Positions 37,091 through 48,025 of a DNA stretch of 64,000 bases are shown in pieces. This DNA is from an uncultured Candidatus Rokubacteria bacterium (GTDB lineage Bacteria > Methylomirabilota > Methylomirabilia > Rokubacteriales > CSP1-6). Positions within the stretch are counted from its first letter, which is position 1. Each line of letters opens with the position of its first letter. Where the stretch lies: NCBI GenBank assembly GCA_963771355.1, contig CAVYTA010000004.1, forward strand, positions 102,477 to 166,476, given 5' to 3'. Position numbers and translations under genes: made by a program. The notes under the pieces are model-generated. The model did no database searches. It was not told where the DNA came from and saw only the letters and a list, made by a program, of their open reading frames with translations.

Positions 37091-38677
37091 ATGAAGCGAG
37101 CGGAGCGTCGCCTCCCGAGGGTGTTGCTCTTCCTGATCGCCGCGCTCCTGGTCCTGCCCGGATCGAGCGGGGCACAGGCCAAGCCCGATCTCACCATCGC
37201 CCTGTCGAGCTTCGCCACCGAGACGCTCGATCCGGCGCTGGGCGGGCACCTCGTCAAGTACTACCTCTCCATGATGTTCGACTATCTCGTGGGCACCACG
37301 CCCGGACGGCGTGCCCTCGCGCGAGGGCGGCCTGGCCACGCGCTGGGAGAGCTCGCCCGACCACAAGCGCTGGACCTTCCACCTGCGCCGGGGCGTGAAG
37401 TTCCACAACGGCGACGAGTGACGTCGGAGGACGTGAAGTTCAGCCTCGAGCGCGCGGCGGGGAAGCGGTCCACTACCGGCTATGCGGGCATCCTCCGCAC
37501 GCTGGTGGCGAGCATCGAGACGCCGGCGCCCGACCGGTTGGTGATCGTCACCAAGGAGCCGACCCTCATCGTCCCGAACTACCTCTCGCGCGCGCTCTCC
37601 ACCGAGGGCATGGTGCTGCCGAAGAAATACATCGAGGCCAACGGAGACGACGGCTTCGCGCGCAAGCCGGTGGGCAGCGGCCCCTACAAGTTCGTGGAGC
37701 AGGTGACGGGTTCGCATATCGGCTCACCGCGGTGGACAGCCACTGGCGGATCGGGACGCCCAAGTACAAGAACATGCTGTTCCGGCTGGTGTCCGAGGAG
37801 ACGACGCGGATCGCGCTGCTGCGCCGGGGTGAGGTGGATGTCACCGAGGTGAGCCGCGAGCGCGTCAAGGAGCTGGAGAGGGAGAGCTTTCCTATCCACT
37901 TCCGCCGGGAAGAGGCCATCCTCTCCATGTGGTGGGTCATGGGCCCGGACGGCATGATCCCGCCGATGAAGGACAAGCGGGTACGCGAGGCGATGAACCT
38001 CGCCGTCGACCGGACGGAGATCGCGCAGTCCATCTTCGCGGGTAGCGCGGAGCCCGCCGCCATCCCCCTGGGGCTGTCATGGTCCTTCAAGGAGATCGGG
38101 CTCAAGGTCACCCCCGACATGGCTATCCCTACGACCCGGTGCGGGCCAAGAAGCTCCTGGCCGACGCGGGGCAGGGGACCGGCTTCAGCACCGACGTCTA
38201 CGCCTATCAGCTCCCCGGGCTGCCCGAGGGCAAGGCCTTCGCGGAGGCGGTGAGCGGCGTACTGGGAGAAGATCGGGATCAAGGTCAAGCTGATCCCGGT
38301 AGACTATCCCGCCTTCCGCAAGAACTGGGTGGACCGGAAGACGCCGGGTGCGATCGGCTACTTCAATATCGCCAACCGCGACTGGATGGGCACCTACGCC
38401 CTCATGGAGAAGATGGCCTACTCGCCGTCCAAGCCCAACGACACCGTGAACGACCCCGAGGTGGACGGGATGATCGCCCAGGTCATCAAGCCAGACCGAC
38501 CGGGAGAAGATCAACGCGCTCATGCGGGGCATCTTCACACGGATCCGCGAGCGAGCATCTCGGCATGCCCATCGTCTACCTCCACTCGCCCTACGCGGCG
38601 TCCAAGAAGCTCGGGAAGTGGAATCCGGGAACGTCATGTACGATCTCTTCTTCGACGAGCTCGCCTCGGGGAAGTAA
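37091..38677 (+). pseudogene. Family-5 (Dpp/Opp-type) ABC substrate-binding protein gene with about 8 frameshifts
   Basis: ATG after GGAGGAGC and signal peptide MKRAERRLPRVLLFLIAALLVLPGSSGAQA. Recognisable SBP segments are spread over all three frames, e.g. [96 protein letters not shown]. Confidence 0.7.
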
Positions 38678-38690
38678 GCGACCGTAGCGC

Positions 38691-39611
38691 TTGATTCGCT
38701 TCGTCTTCTCGAGGGTGCTGCAGTCGCTGGTGGCCCTGGCCATTCTGTCGGTCGTCGTCTTCATCCTCGCCAGGGCCACCGGCGATCCCCTCCAGCTCAT
38801 CCTGCCCATGTCGGCGACCCCGGAAGACTACGCCGACGCCCGCCAGCTATCTCGGCCTGGATCGGCCTTACGTCGAGCAGTACCTCGCCTTCGTGGGCCG
38901 GGCGGTGACCGGCGACTTCGGCAATTCGCTCCGCGCCCGCCGGCCGGTGATCGAGCTCATCCAGGAGCGCCTGCCCAACTCGCTGCGTCTGGCCGCCTTC
39001 GCCATGGGGATCTCGCTCGCCATCGCGTTTCCGCTGGGTGTCCTCGCCGCGGTGAAGAAAGGGACCGGGCTCGACCGGACCGCGCAGATGATTGCCGTGC
39101 TCGGGCAATCGCTCCCGACCTTCTGGGTGGCCATCGTGCTGGTGGAGGTGGTGGCGGGGCGGTCCAGTGGCTGCCCGCCGGGGGAAGCGACGGCTTCGCC
39201 AGCTATGTCCTGCCCGGCTTCACCCTGGGCTGGTTCGTGGTGGCGGGCATGATGCGGCTCCTGCGCTCGGGCATGCTGGAGGTGCTGGATTCGGAGTACG
39301 TCAAGCTCGCACGCGTGAAGGGCGTGGTCGAGCATCGCGTGGTGTGGATGCACGCGCTCAAGAACGCGCTCATCCCGGTGGTAACCTTCGCCGGCATCTA
39401 CTTCTCCATCCTGGTGACGACCGCCATCGTGGTGGAGACCGTGTTCGCCTGGCCCGGGCTCGGCCGGCTGGCCTATGAAGGCATCAGCTCGCGGGACTTC
39501 CCGGTGATCCAGGCGGTGGTGCTCACCACCGCCGCCATCGTGGCGGTGGTGAATCTCGGCGTGGACTGCCTCTACGCCGTCATCGATCCGCGGATCCGCC
39601 ATGCCCGCTGA
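38691..39611 (+). pseudogene. DppB/OppB-type ABC permease gene with two compensating frameshifts (about 38845 and 39155)
   Basis: The ends are in frame (MIRFVFSRVLQSLVALAILSVVVF... and ...LPGFTLGWFVVAGMMRLLRSGMLEVLDSEYVKLARVKG...DPRIR). The middle part is sensible only in another frame (YLGLDRPYVEQYLAFVGRAVTGDFGNSLRARRPVIELIQERLPNSLRLAAFAMG...). Confidence 0.65.
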
Positions 39612-40509
39612 GCCCTTGACGAGGCGGCCCGCTGTGCGCGCCCCGGACGTCGCCGCGCGGCCCGGGACGCAGGCCGCGCGCGCGCGTCGCCTGCCGGTGG
39701 TGTCGCTGGGCATCATCTCGCTGTTCGTCCTGGTGGCGATCCTGGCGCCGTTGCTCAGCCGCGTCGATCCGCAGGAGCCAGTCGCTGCGGAACCGTTTCA
39801 AGCCGCCGGTGTGGATGGAGGGCGGGTCGTCCAAGCACCTCCTGGGCACCGACCGGCTGGGCCGTGACATGCTCTCGCGCATCATCTGGGGCTCGCGCGT
39901 GTCCCTGGCCGCGGGCGTGGTCACCGTGCTCCTCGCCAGCGCCTTCGGCGCGGCGGTGGGCCTGGTGGCCGGCTACCACGGCGGGACGGTGGACGCGGTG
40001 CTGATGCGCGCCACCGATGCGACCATGTCGTTCCCGGTGATCCTGCTCGCGCTCATCCTGGCGGTGACGGTGGGCCCGAGCTTCACCAACGTGGTGGTGG
40101 CCATCGCGGTGATCCTCTGGGCCCGCTATGCGCGCGTGATCCGCGGCCAGGTGCTGACCCTGATGGGGCTCGACTTCATCGCCCAGGCCCGCATCGCGGG
40201 AGCGGGCGGCTGGCGCATCATCACCCGGCACCTCCTCCCGAACACGCTGAATACGCTCGTGGTGCTGGTGACGCTCCAGATCGGCTACGTGATCATCGTG
40301 GAGGCGTCGCTGTCCTTCCTCGGCGCCGGCATCCCCCCGCCCACCCCGGCCTGGGGCTCCATGATCTCCGAAGGGCGTGAGTTCGTGACGAGCGCCTGGT
40401 GGGTGTCGGGCCTGCCCGGGCCTCGCGATCCTGCTGGTCGTCCTCGCCTTCAATCTGCTCGGGGACTGGCTGCGCGACACTCTGGATCCCGAAGCTGCGC
40501 CAGCTCTGA
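39601..40509 (+). pseudogene. DppC/OppC-type ABC permease gene with at least 2 frameshifts (about 39776 and 40413, possibly 40490)
   Basis: N-terminus in one frame (VVSLGIISLFVLVAILAPLLS), body in another (KHLLGTDRLGRDMLSRIIWG...EASLSFLGAGIPPPTPAWGSMISEG), tail in a third (PGLAILLVVLAFNLLGDWLRDTLDP). The end coordinate assumes the usual DPKLRQL-stop ending. Confidence 0.6.
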
Positions 40510-40523
40510 TCCCGGCTCCGCCC

Positions 40524-41561
40524 GTGTCCGCCCCCGTCATCGAGGTGCGCGATCTCCGCACCCACCTGGTGACCCGCTGGGGCACCATCCGGGCGGTCGA
40601 CGGCGTGTCCTTCAGCGTGGCGGAGGGCGAGACGCTCGGTCTGGTGGGCGAGTCCGGCTCCGGCAAGAGCATGACCTGCTTGAGCCTCGTGCGACTGACG
40701 CCCGCGACCGCGGCCTCGCGGATCGTGGGCGGCGCGGTGCTGCCTCGACGGCGACGAGCTCGCCACCAAGAGCGAGAAGCCGAGATGCAGCGGATCCGCG
40801 GCCGGAAGATCGCCATGATCCTCCAGGACCCGATGAGCTCGCTCAACCCCGTGTTCTCCGTGGGGATGCAGGTGCGCGAGCCGCTCACCATGTACCACGG
40901 CCTGCGCGGCGCCACCCTGACCGAGCGGGCCGCCGCGCTGCTCGCCTCGGTGCGCATGCCGTCCCCGGCGGCGCGGCTGCGCGCCTTTCCCTATCAGCTC
41001 TCCGGCGGCATGCGCCAGCGGGTGGTGGGTGCCATGGCCATCGCGGCGCCGCCGCGCCTCCTCATCGCCGACGAGCCCACCACGAGCCTCGACCTCACCA
41101 TCCAGGCCCAGTATCTCGGTCTGCTCGAGGAGCTCCAGGACCGGCACCGCCTCGCCATGATCTTCATCACCCACAACCTCGGGATCGTGTCGCGCATCTG
41201 CGACCGGGTGGCGGTGATGTACGCGGGGCGTATCGTCGAGTCGGGGCCGGTGCGCCGGATCTTCACCGCTCCCGCGCATCCGTATACCCAGGCGCTCCTC
41301 GAGTCGATTCCGCGGCTCGGCGACCGGACCGACCGCCTCACCGCCATCGAGGGCCAGCCGCCCGATCTCACGCGGCTTCCAGGTGGTTGCTCTTTCGCGC
41401 CACGGTGCGTCCGGGTGATGGACCGGTGTCGCGTGGAGGCGCCGCCCGGAGTTCGCGGCGGGGCCGGGGCAGGTGGCCCGGTGCTGGCTGTGGGCGCCCG
41501 GCGGGAGCGTGACGGCCGTGAGCCCCGCCGTCTCCGCTTCTCGAGGCCTCCGGCCTGGTGA
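40524..41561 (+). pseudogene. DppD/OppD-type ABC ATPase gene with about 3 frameshifts (about 40741, 40783 and 41447)
   Basis: Walker A GESGSGKS, LSGGMRQR and LLIADEPTTSLD are present. The segment GGAVLPRRRRARHQEREAEMQRIRG reads LDGDELATKSEK in a shifted frame. The C-terminal Cys motif region shifts again, so the true stop is uncertain (41510-41561). Confidence 0.6.
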
Positions 41562-42514
41562 AGCATTTCCCCGTGCGGCGCGGCCTCATGGGCTGGTCGA
41601 CCGCGGTGGTGCGCGCGGTGGACTCCGTCTCGTTCACGATCCCGGCGGGGACCACGCTGGGGCTGGTGGGGGAGTCGGGCTGCGGCAAGACCACCACGTC
41701 CAAGATGGTGCTCGGGCTGGAGCGGCCCACCGCGGGGGCCATCCGCTTCGAGGGCGCGGACGTGGCCACGCTGGAGCGGGGCGGGCGCCGGGCCTATCGC
41801 CGTGCGGTGCAGGCGGTGTTCCAGGATCCCTACGCCTCGCTGGATCCGCGCATGCGGGTGGGGACGATCATCGCCGAGCCGCTGGTGATCAACGAGCGGC
41901 TCGGGGCGGCGGAGCGCCGCCGGCGGGTGCGAGAGCTCCTGGACCTCGTGGCCCTGCCCGAGCGCTCGGCCGACCTCTACCCCCACGAGTTCTCGGGCGG
42001 GCAGCGCCAGCGCATCGCCATCGCCCGCGCGCTGGCGCTGTCCCCGCGGCTCATCGTGCTGGACGAGCCGGTGTCCGCGCTCGACGTCTCGATTCGCGCG
42101 CAAATTCTCAACCTGCTCCGCGACATCCAGAAGCGGCTGGGCGTGGCCTACCTCTTCATCGCCCACGACCTCGCCGCGGTGGCGCACATGAGCCACAGCA
42201 TCGCGGTGATGTATCTCGGCAAGATCGTCGAGTGGGGGGAGGCGGCGGAGGTGGCGCTCGCGCCCCAGCACCCGTACACGCGGGCGCTCTTCGCGGCGGC
42301 GCTGCCCATCGATCTCGATCGGCCCCGCGAGGAGATCACGCTGGCCGGGGAAGTCCCGAGCGCGATGGCGCCCCCGGACGGCTGCCGCTTTCACCCGCGC
42401 TGCCCGCAGGCCATGGCTCGCTGCGCCACCGAGGAGCCCCGGCTCCAGGTCGTCGGCGGCCGGCTCGTCGCCTGCCACCTCTTCGACGAGGATCCCGCCC
42501 GCCGGTCCCGCTGA
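41558..42514 (+). CDS. DppF/OppF-type ABC ATPase (body intact; N-terminus probably truncated or shifted)
   Basis: Walker A GESGCGKTT, FSGGQRQR, LIVLDEPVSALD and C-terminal CRFHPRCP. The first canonical start, GTG 41558, removes the usual N-terminal strand. PLLEASGL is encoded upstream in frame without a start codon. Confidence 0.7.
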   Translation: MKHFPVRRGLMGWSTAVVRAVDSVSFTIPAGTTLGLVGESGCGKTTTSKMVLGLERPTAGAIRFEGADVATLERGGRRAYRRAVQAVFQDPYASLDPRMRVGTIIAEPLVINERLGAAERRRRVRELLDLVALPERSADLYPHEFSGGQRQRIAIARALALSPRLIVLDEPVSALDVSIRAQILNLLRDIQKRLGVAYLFIAHDLAAVAHMSHSIAVMYLGKIVEWGEAAEVALAPQHPYTRALFAAALPIDLDRPREEITLAGEVPSAMAPPDGCRFHPRCPQAMARCATEEPRLQVVGGRLVACHLFDEDPARRSR

Positions 42515-43456
42515 CTAGAGGTCTACTCGAGGCACGCGGCTCGCCTCGAGCGCGGCCTTCATGGTGGCGATCTCCTCCGCCGAGGGCGGGAGCACCGGTG
42601 GGCGCACCAGCGCGCTGCGGAAGAGGCCGCGCATGGCCATGCCCACCTTCATGCGCGCGTGCGCGTCGCCGGAGGGCTCGCCGGCGCCGTACACCGCTTC
42701 CTTGACGGGCCAGATCAGGTCGTTGAGCGCGCGGGCCCGCGTCAGGTCGTCGGCCTGCATGGCCTCCAGGAGCGCGTGGGTGAGCTCCGGAATGAGGCTC
42801 GCGCAGCCCACCAGCGTCCCGTCCAGGCGGTGCACGAAGGTGGGGAAGAGGTACTCGTCCATGCAGTTGAGGAGCGAGACGTGCGGCGCGTCGGCGCGAA
42901 GCGCGCGGATGTCCCGCTCGTACTTGCCGAGGTCGCGCTCGCCCATCTTGAAGCCCTTCACCTGGGGCAGGCCGGCCAGCCGGGTCATCAGCTTGGTGGA
43001 GTACGACGCCTTCGTGTTCGCCGGATAGACATGGACGATGATGTCGAGCCCGCTCTCCGCGCCGATGGCCTTGAAATACTCGTAGACCGCGTCTTCCTTC
43101 ACGCCGAAGCGCAGCCACATGTGACACGGCATCACGTCCACGGTGTCGGCGCCGGCGTGGGCGGCGGCCTTGGCGTGCTCGATGGCCTCGAAAGTGCCCT
43201 CCGAGCACACCGCGGACACCACGCGCACCCGCCCCCGCACCGCCTCGGCGACCACGCGGGTGACCTCGGCGCGCTCCTCCGGGAGCAGCGACCCCACCTC
43301 GCCGGTATGGCCATTGGTCATGACGGCGGTGACGCCCGGGCAGCCGGCCAACCAGCGGGCGAAGCGGGCGAGCCCGTCGCCGTCCAGCTTGAAGTCGTCG
43401 CGGAAGGGAATGGCCATCGCGGGGATGACGCCGCGGAACGCCCGGTCACCGGTCAT
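42515..43456 (-). CDS. Dihydrodipicolinate synthase/N-acetylneuraminate lyase family protein
   Basis: 313 aa with a DapA-family layout (VIPAMAIPF...TNGHTGE...YPANT...KGFKMG with the Schiff-base Lys context). The specific substrate is not inferable. Confidence 0.75.
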   Translation of the reverse strand: MTGDRAFRGVIPAMAIPFRDDFKLDGDGLARFARWLAGCPGVTAVMTNGHTGEVGSLLPEERAEVTRVVAEAVRGRVRVVSAVCSEGTFEAIEHAKAAAHAGADTVDVMPCHMWLRFGVKEDAVYEYFKAIGAESGLDIIVHVYPANTKASYSTKLMTRLAGLPQVKGFKMGERDLGKYERDIRALRADAPHVSLLNCMDEYLFPTFVHRLDGTLVGCASLIPELTHALLEAMQADDLTRARALNDLIWPVKEAVYGAGEPSGDAHARMKVGMAMRGLFRSALVRPPVLPPSAEEIATMKAALEASRVPRVDL

Positions 43457-43686
43457 CGGATGAGTCCTCCAGTCGAGACCCTACCCGAGAAGCCGGCAGG
43501 CGGTCAATGCGTTCACCGGTGTGATCGCGCAGTGGTCAGCAAGCGTCAAATCCCGGCAGCATCCCTGCGCAGCAGTGGTAAGCTGGTGATGACCACGTCG
43601 CTAAGTCCTCTTCGTGTCGGCATTCTCTCGGCGCGTTCGAGTGGCACGACATCCGCATAGCACTCGCGCATGGGAGATCTCAGATC

Positions 43687-43854
43687 ATGTCGACCGAGCT
43701 AGCCGCGTATGTGCTCTTGCTGTCCCTGCCGGTATGGCTCCTGGTGGAGCAGCTGATTCACCTCCGGACGGGGTATCGGAAAGAGCGGCCGAGGCGTGCC
43801 ACAGAGGCGCCGAAGCTGCCCCTGCCCCAGGCCTTGCGTTCCGGCCAAAAATGA
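43687..43854 (+). CDS. Possible small membrane protein (55 aa)
   Basis: The ORF is below the track cutoff: MSTELAAYVLLLSLPVWLLVEQLIHLRTGYRKERPRRATEAPKLPLPQALRSGQK. It has one TM helix followed by a basic tail, with GGGAGA about 10 nt upstream. It lies in an otherwise empty 467-nt intergenic region. Confidence 0.25.
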   Translation: MSTELAAYVLLLSLPVWLLVEQLIHLRTGYRKERPRRATEAPKLPLPQALRSGQK

Positions 43855-43923
43855 TATGGTGTGGCCCTCCCCGGGGTGCCGCGGCGATCGAGCCGCCGCC
43901 GCGGGCGGGAAAGGAGGGCCGCC

Positions 43924-45101
43924 ATGGACCTGAACTACAACGCCGAGGAGCTCGCCTTCCGTGACGAGGTGCGGAGCTGGCTGCGCGGCAATCTCCCCGC
44001 CGAGCTCCGCCAGAAGGTGGAGAGCTACCAGGAGCTCTCCAAGGAGGACCTCCTCCGCTGGCACCGCATCCTCGCCGACAAGGGCTGGGTGGCGCCCGAC
44101 TGGCCGAAGGAGTGGGGCGGCACCGACTGGACGGTGACCCAGCGGTACATCTTCGAGGAGGAGTGCGGCTTCGCGGCCACCCCGCCGCTGGTGGCCTTCA
44201 GCCTCCGCATGTGCGCGCCGGTGCTGCTGCGCTTCGGCACCGACGCGCAGAAGCAGCGCTTCCTGCCCCGCATCTACAAGGGCGAGGACTTCTGGTGCCA
44301 GGGCTATTCCGAGCCCGGCTCCGGCTCCGACCTCGCCTCGCTGAAGACGAAGGCGGTGAAGGACAACGGCCACTACGTGGTTACCGGCCAGAAGATCTGG
44401 ACCACGCTCGCGCACTATGCCGACTGGATCTTCTGCCTGGTACGCACCGACGCCTCCAAGGAGAAGCGGCAGGACGGCATCTCCTTCCTCCTCATCGACA
44501 TGAAGACCCCCGGCATCACGGTGAGACCCATCATCTTGATGGACGGCGGGCACGAGACCAACGAGGTGTTCTTCGACGACGTGAAGGTGCCGGCGGAAAA
44601 TCTCGTCCACGAAGAAGGCAAGGGCTGGACGGTGGCCAAGTACCTCCTCGGCTACGAGCGCATGGGCACCGGCCGCATCGGGGCCTCCAAGCGCGAGCTG
44701 GCCCGGCTCAAGGAGCTGGCCGCGCACCACACCAAGAACGGCAAGCCCATCCTCGACGACCCCCGCTTTCGCGACCGGCTCACCCGCGTGGAGGTGGAGC
44801 TGATGGCGCTGGAGATCACCAACCTGCGCTTCCTCGACCAGATGCGCCGCAGCGGCAAGCCCCCCGGCGCGGACGTCTCCATGCTCAAGATCAAGGGCAC
44901 CGAGATCCAGCAGGCCATCACCGAGCTGATGATGCAGGCGGCCGGCCCGCTGGCCCAGGCTTATCGCCCGGTGGACGCCATGGACTTCGACCACTTCACC
45001 GCCCGGCTGGCCCCGCGCTACTGCAACATGCGCAAGGCGACGATCTACGCCGGCTCCAACGAGATCCAGCGGAACATCATTGCGAAGGCGACGCTCGGGC
45101 T

Positions 45102-45105
<4 letters not shown>
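43924..45105 (+). CDS. Acyl-CoA dehydrogenase family protein (first of an overlapping pair)
   Basis: ATG after AAAGGAGGG. MDLNYNAEELAFRDEVRSWL..., WCQGYSEPGSGSDLASL, and the C-terminal IYAGSNEIQRNIIA. Confidence 0.85.
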
Positions 45106-46259
<1,154 letters not shown>

Positions 46260-46260
46260 C

Positions 46261-46290
46261 GGGGGCGCCGGGGGACGCGCCGGCGCCCCC
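46261..46290. terminator. Perfect 11-bp GC hairpin between convergent genes
   Basis: GGGGGCGCCGG-GGGACGCG-CCGGCGCCCCC sits directly after the ACAD stop (46259) and 8 nt beyond the stop of the minus-strand micro-ORF. No U-tract. Confidence 0.45.
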
Positions 46291-46297
46291 GGGCGCC

Positions 46298-46360
46298 CTA
46301 CTTCTTCTTCTCCTTCTTCGGCTTTTTCTTCTCCTTCCGCATTCCAGTGCCCTTGGCCAT
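46298..46360 (-). CDS. Lys-rich micro-ORF (20 aa) MAKGTGMRKEKKKPKKEKKK
   Basis: ATG preceded by GAGAGGGGGTGA. AAG/AAA-rich island in a 70% GC context, with candidate -10 and -35 elements upstream and a hairpin downstream. Confidence 0.35.
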   Translation of the reverse strand: MAKGTGMRKEKKKPKKEKKK

Positions 46361-46404
46361 GAACTCACCCCCTCTCTCGCGCGCGGCGCGCGCGTCTGTC
46401 CGGG

Positions 46405-46435
46405 ATTATAGGCCGCGATCCCGCGGCTTGACCAA
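46405..46435 (-). promoter_or_regulatory. Sigma70-like promoter candidate for the micro-ORF (-35 TTGGTC, 19-nt spacer, -10 TATAAT)
   Basis: On the minus strand there is a perfect TATAAT (46410-46405) about 45 nt upstream of the micro-ORF ATG, and TTGGTC at 46435-46430. Confidence 0.3.
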
Positions 46436-46591
46436 GAAGTCATGGCGGTGACATCATCCCGCCACCGTTCCGAGGGCGCCGCCGCCGAAAAGGAGCCCGC
46501 CATGAAGGATTCCGCGCCCGACGAGGTGCCGCAGCGATAAGCGCGCGGTCGCTCGCGCTCCTCGCCGCCGGCCGTCTCGCTCGCCGCGCGG

Positions 46592-48025
46592 ATGGCGGCT
46601 GCCCATGGTGCGGGTGAGCGCTACGATCTCCCGCTGCCGCTCGCCTACTTCGTGGCCGGCGCGGCGCTCACGGTGGCGCTGTCCTTCGCCGCCGCCGCGG
46701 GCGCCGCCCGCGCGGCGCCGCGCCCGGCCTCCGGCGCCGGGCGCGTCATTCCCCTGGGTCGATTCCTCGCGCGGTTGCGTCCGGTCGCCCGGCTCGTCGG
46801 GCTCGGGCTGTTCGTCCTGGTGATCGCGGCGGGTCTCCTGGGCGATCCGCACCCCCTGAAGAATCTCGCGCCCACCCTCGTCTGGATCATCTGGTGGGTG
46901 GGGCTCTCCCTGGTGACGGCCTGCGCGGGCAATGTGTGGCCCGTGCTCGACCCCTGGCGCACCCTCTTCGACGGGGCGGACGCGCTGGCGCGCCGCCTAC
47001 GAGGCGGCCGCGGCCTCGCGCTCGGATTGCCGTACCCGGCCCGGGCCGGGGTGTGGCCGGCCGCCGCGCTCTTGCTCCTCTTCGTCTGGCTCGAGGTGAT
47101 CTTTCCGGACGCCTCGGTGCCCTCGCGCATTGCTGGCCTCGGGCTGGCCTGGACGGTGGTGACGCTCACCGGCATGGTCTGCTTCGGCGCGGACACCTGG
47201 CAGCGGAATGTCGACGTCTTCGCCGTGTACTTCGCGACGCTGGGCCGCTTCGCGCCGCTGGCGCCGGGACCCGATGGGCGCAGCCTGATCCTGCGCCTCC
47301 CGGGCCGCGGGTTGATGGCGCCGGAGCCCGTGCCCGCGGGCCTGATCGGCTTCGTCATCGCCATGCTGGCCACGGTGCTCTTCGACGGGATGCTCGGGAC
47401 GCGGGCGTGGCGGGCGCTCGACCGCACGCTGAGCGAGGGGCTCGCCCGCGTGGCGGATCGCGAGGGATATCTGCTCGCCACCGCCGGGTTGCTCGCGGTG
47501 TGGCTGGTCTTGCTGGGCGCCTATCTGGCCACCGCCTGGCTCACCTCCCGGCTCGCCGGCGTGGGCTCGGCCGCCGCCACCGCGCGACTCCTGGCGCCGA
47601 GCCTCGTCCCCATCGCGACCGCGTACCACGTCGCCCACAACCTCTCCTACCTGCTGCTCGAGGGGCAGGAGCTGATCCCGCTTCTGTCCGATCCCCTCGG
47701 GCGCGGCTGGGATCTCCTGGGCACCGCGACGTGGAGCCCCGACGTCACCCTGGTGGGCTCGCGCTTCACCTGGTACGCGGCGGTGGGCGCCATCGTCACG
47801 GGGCATGTGATCTCGGTGTGGCTGGCCCATCGTGTCGCCCTGCGCGAGTGGAGCCCGCCGCGGCGGGCGCGGCGCGCGTCGCTTCCGCTCACCGCGCTGA
47901 TGGTCGTCTATACCGCGCTGAGCCTGTGGGTGATCGCGGACCCGCTGGTGCGCTTCCGGGAGCCGGATGCTTCCGACTCCCGGCTTCCGCTTCCACCGTC
48001 GCCTATGCCTCGTACTCTTGGGTGA
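46592..48025 (+). CDS. Polytopic membrane protein of unknown function
   Basis: 477 aa with about 10 predicted TM segments and an N-terminal AAAHGAGERYDLPLPL motif. An SD plus ATG at 46502 lies in the same frame but is separated by a TAA. See findings. Confidence 0.6.
   Translation: MAAAHGAGERYDLPLPLAYFVAGAALTVALSFAAAAGAARAAPRPASGAGRVIPLGRFLARLRPVARLVGLGLFVLVIAAGLLGDPHPLKNLAPTLVWIIWWVGLSLVTACAGNVWPVLDPWRTLFDGADALARRLRGGRGLALGLPYPARAGVWPAAALLLLFVWLEVIFPDASVPSRIAGLGLAWTVVTLTGMVCFGADTWQRNVDVFAVYFATLGRFAPLAPGPDGRSLILRLPGRGLMAPEPVPAGLIGFVIAMLATVLFDGMLGTRAWRALDRTLSEGLARVADREGYLLATAGLLAVWLVLLGAYLATAWLTSRLAGVGSAAATARLLAPSLVPIATAYHVAHNLSYLLLEGQELIPLLSDPLGRGWDLLGTATWSPDVTLVGSRFTWYAAVGAIVTGHVISVWLAHRVALREWSPPRRARRASLPLTALMVVYTALSLWVIADPLVRFREPDASDSRLPLPPSPMPRTLG

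Noticed and set aside
40413-40560. Reading in which the permease-2 tail runs in frame into ATPase 1 (a fused permease-ATPase)
   Set aside because: The in-frame continuity depends on one extra C in GATCCCGAAG. Removing it gives the canonical DPKLRQL-stop permease ending, followed by a GTG-start ATPase. Given the many indels in this operon, a genuine fusion is the less likely reading.
43614-43964. 116-aa plus-strand ORF upstream of the first ACAD gene
   Set aside because: It is Ala/Arg/Pro/Gly-rich and overlaps the SD and start of the ACAD gene. It has no motifs, and the shorter 55-aa ORF in another frame is the more plausible candidate there.
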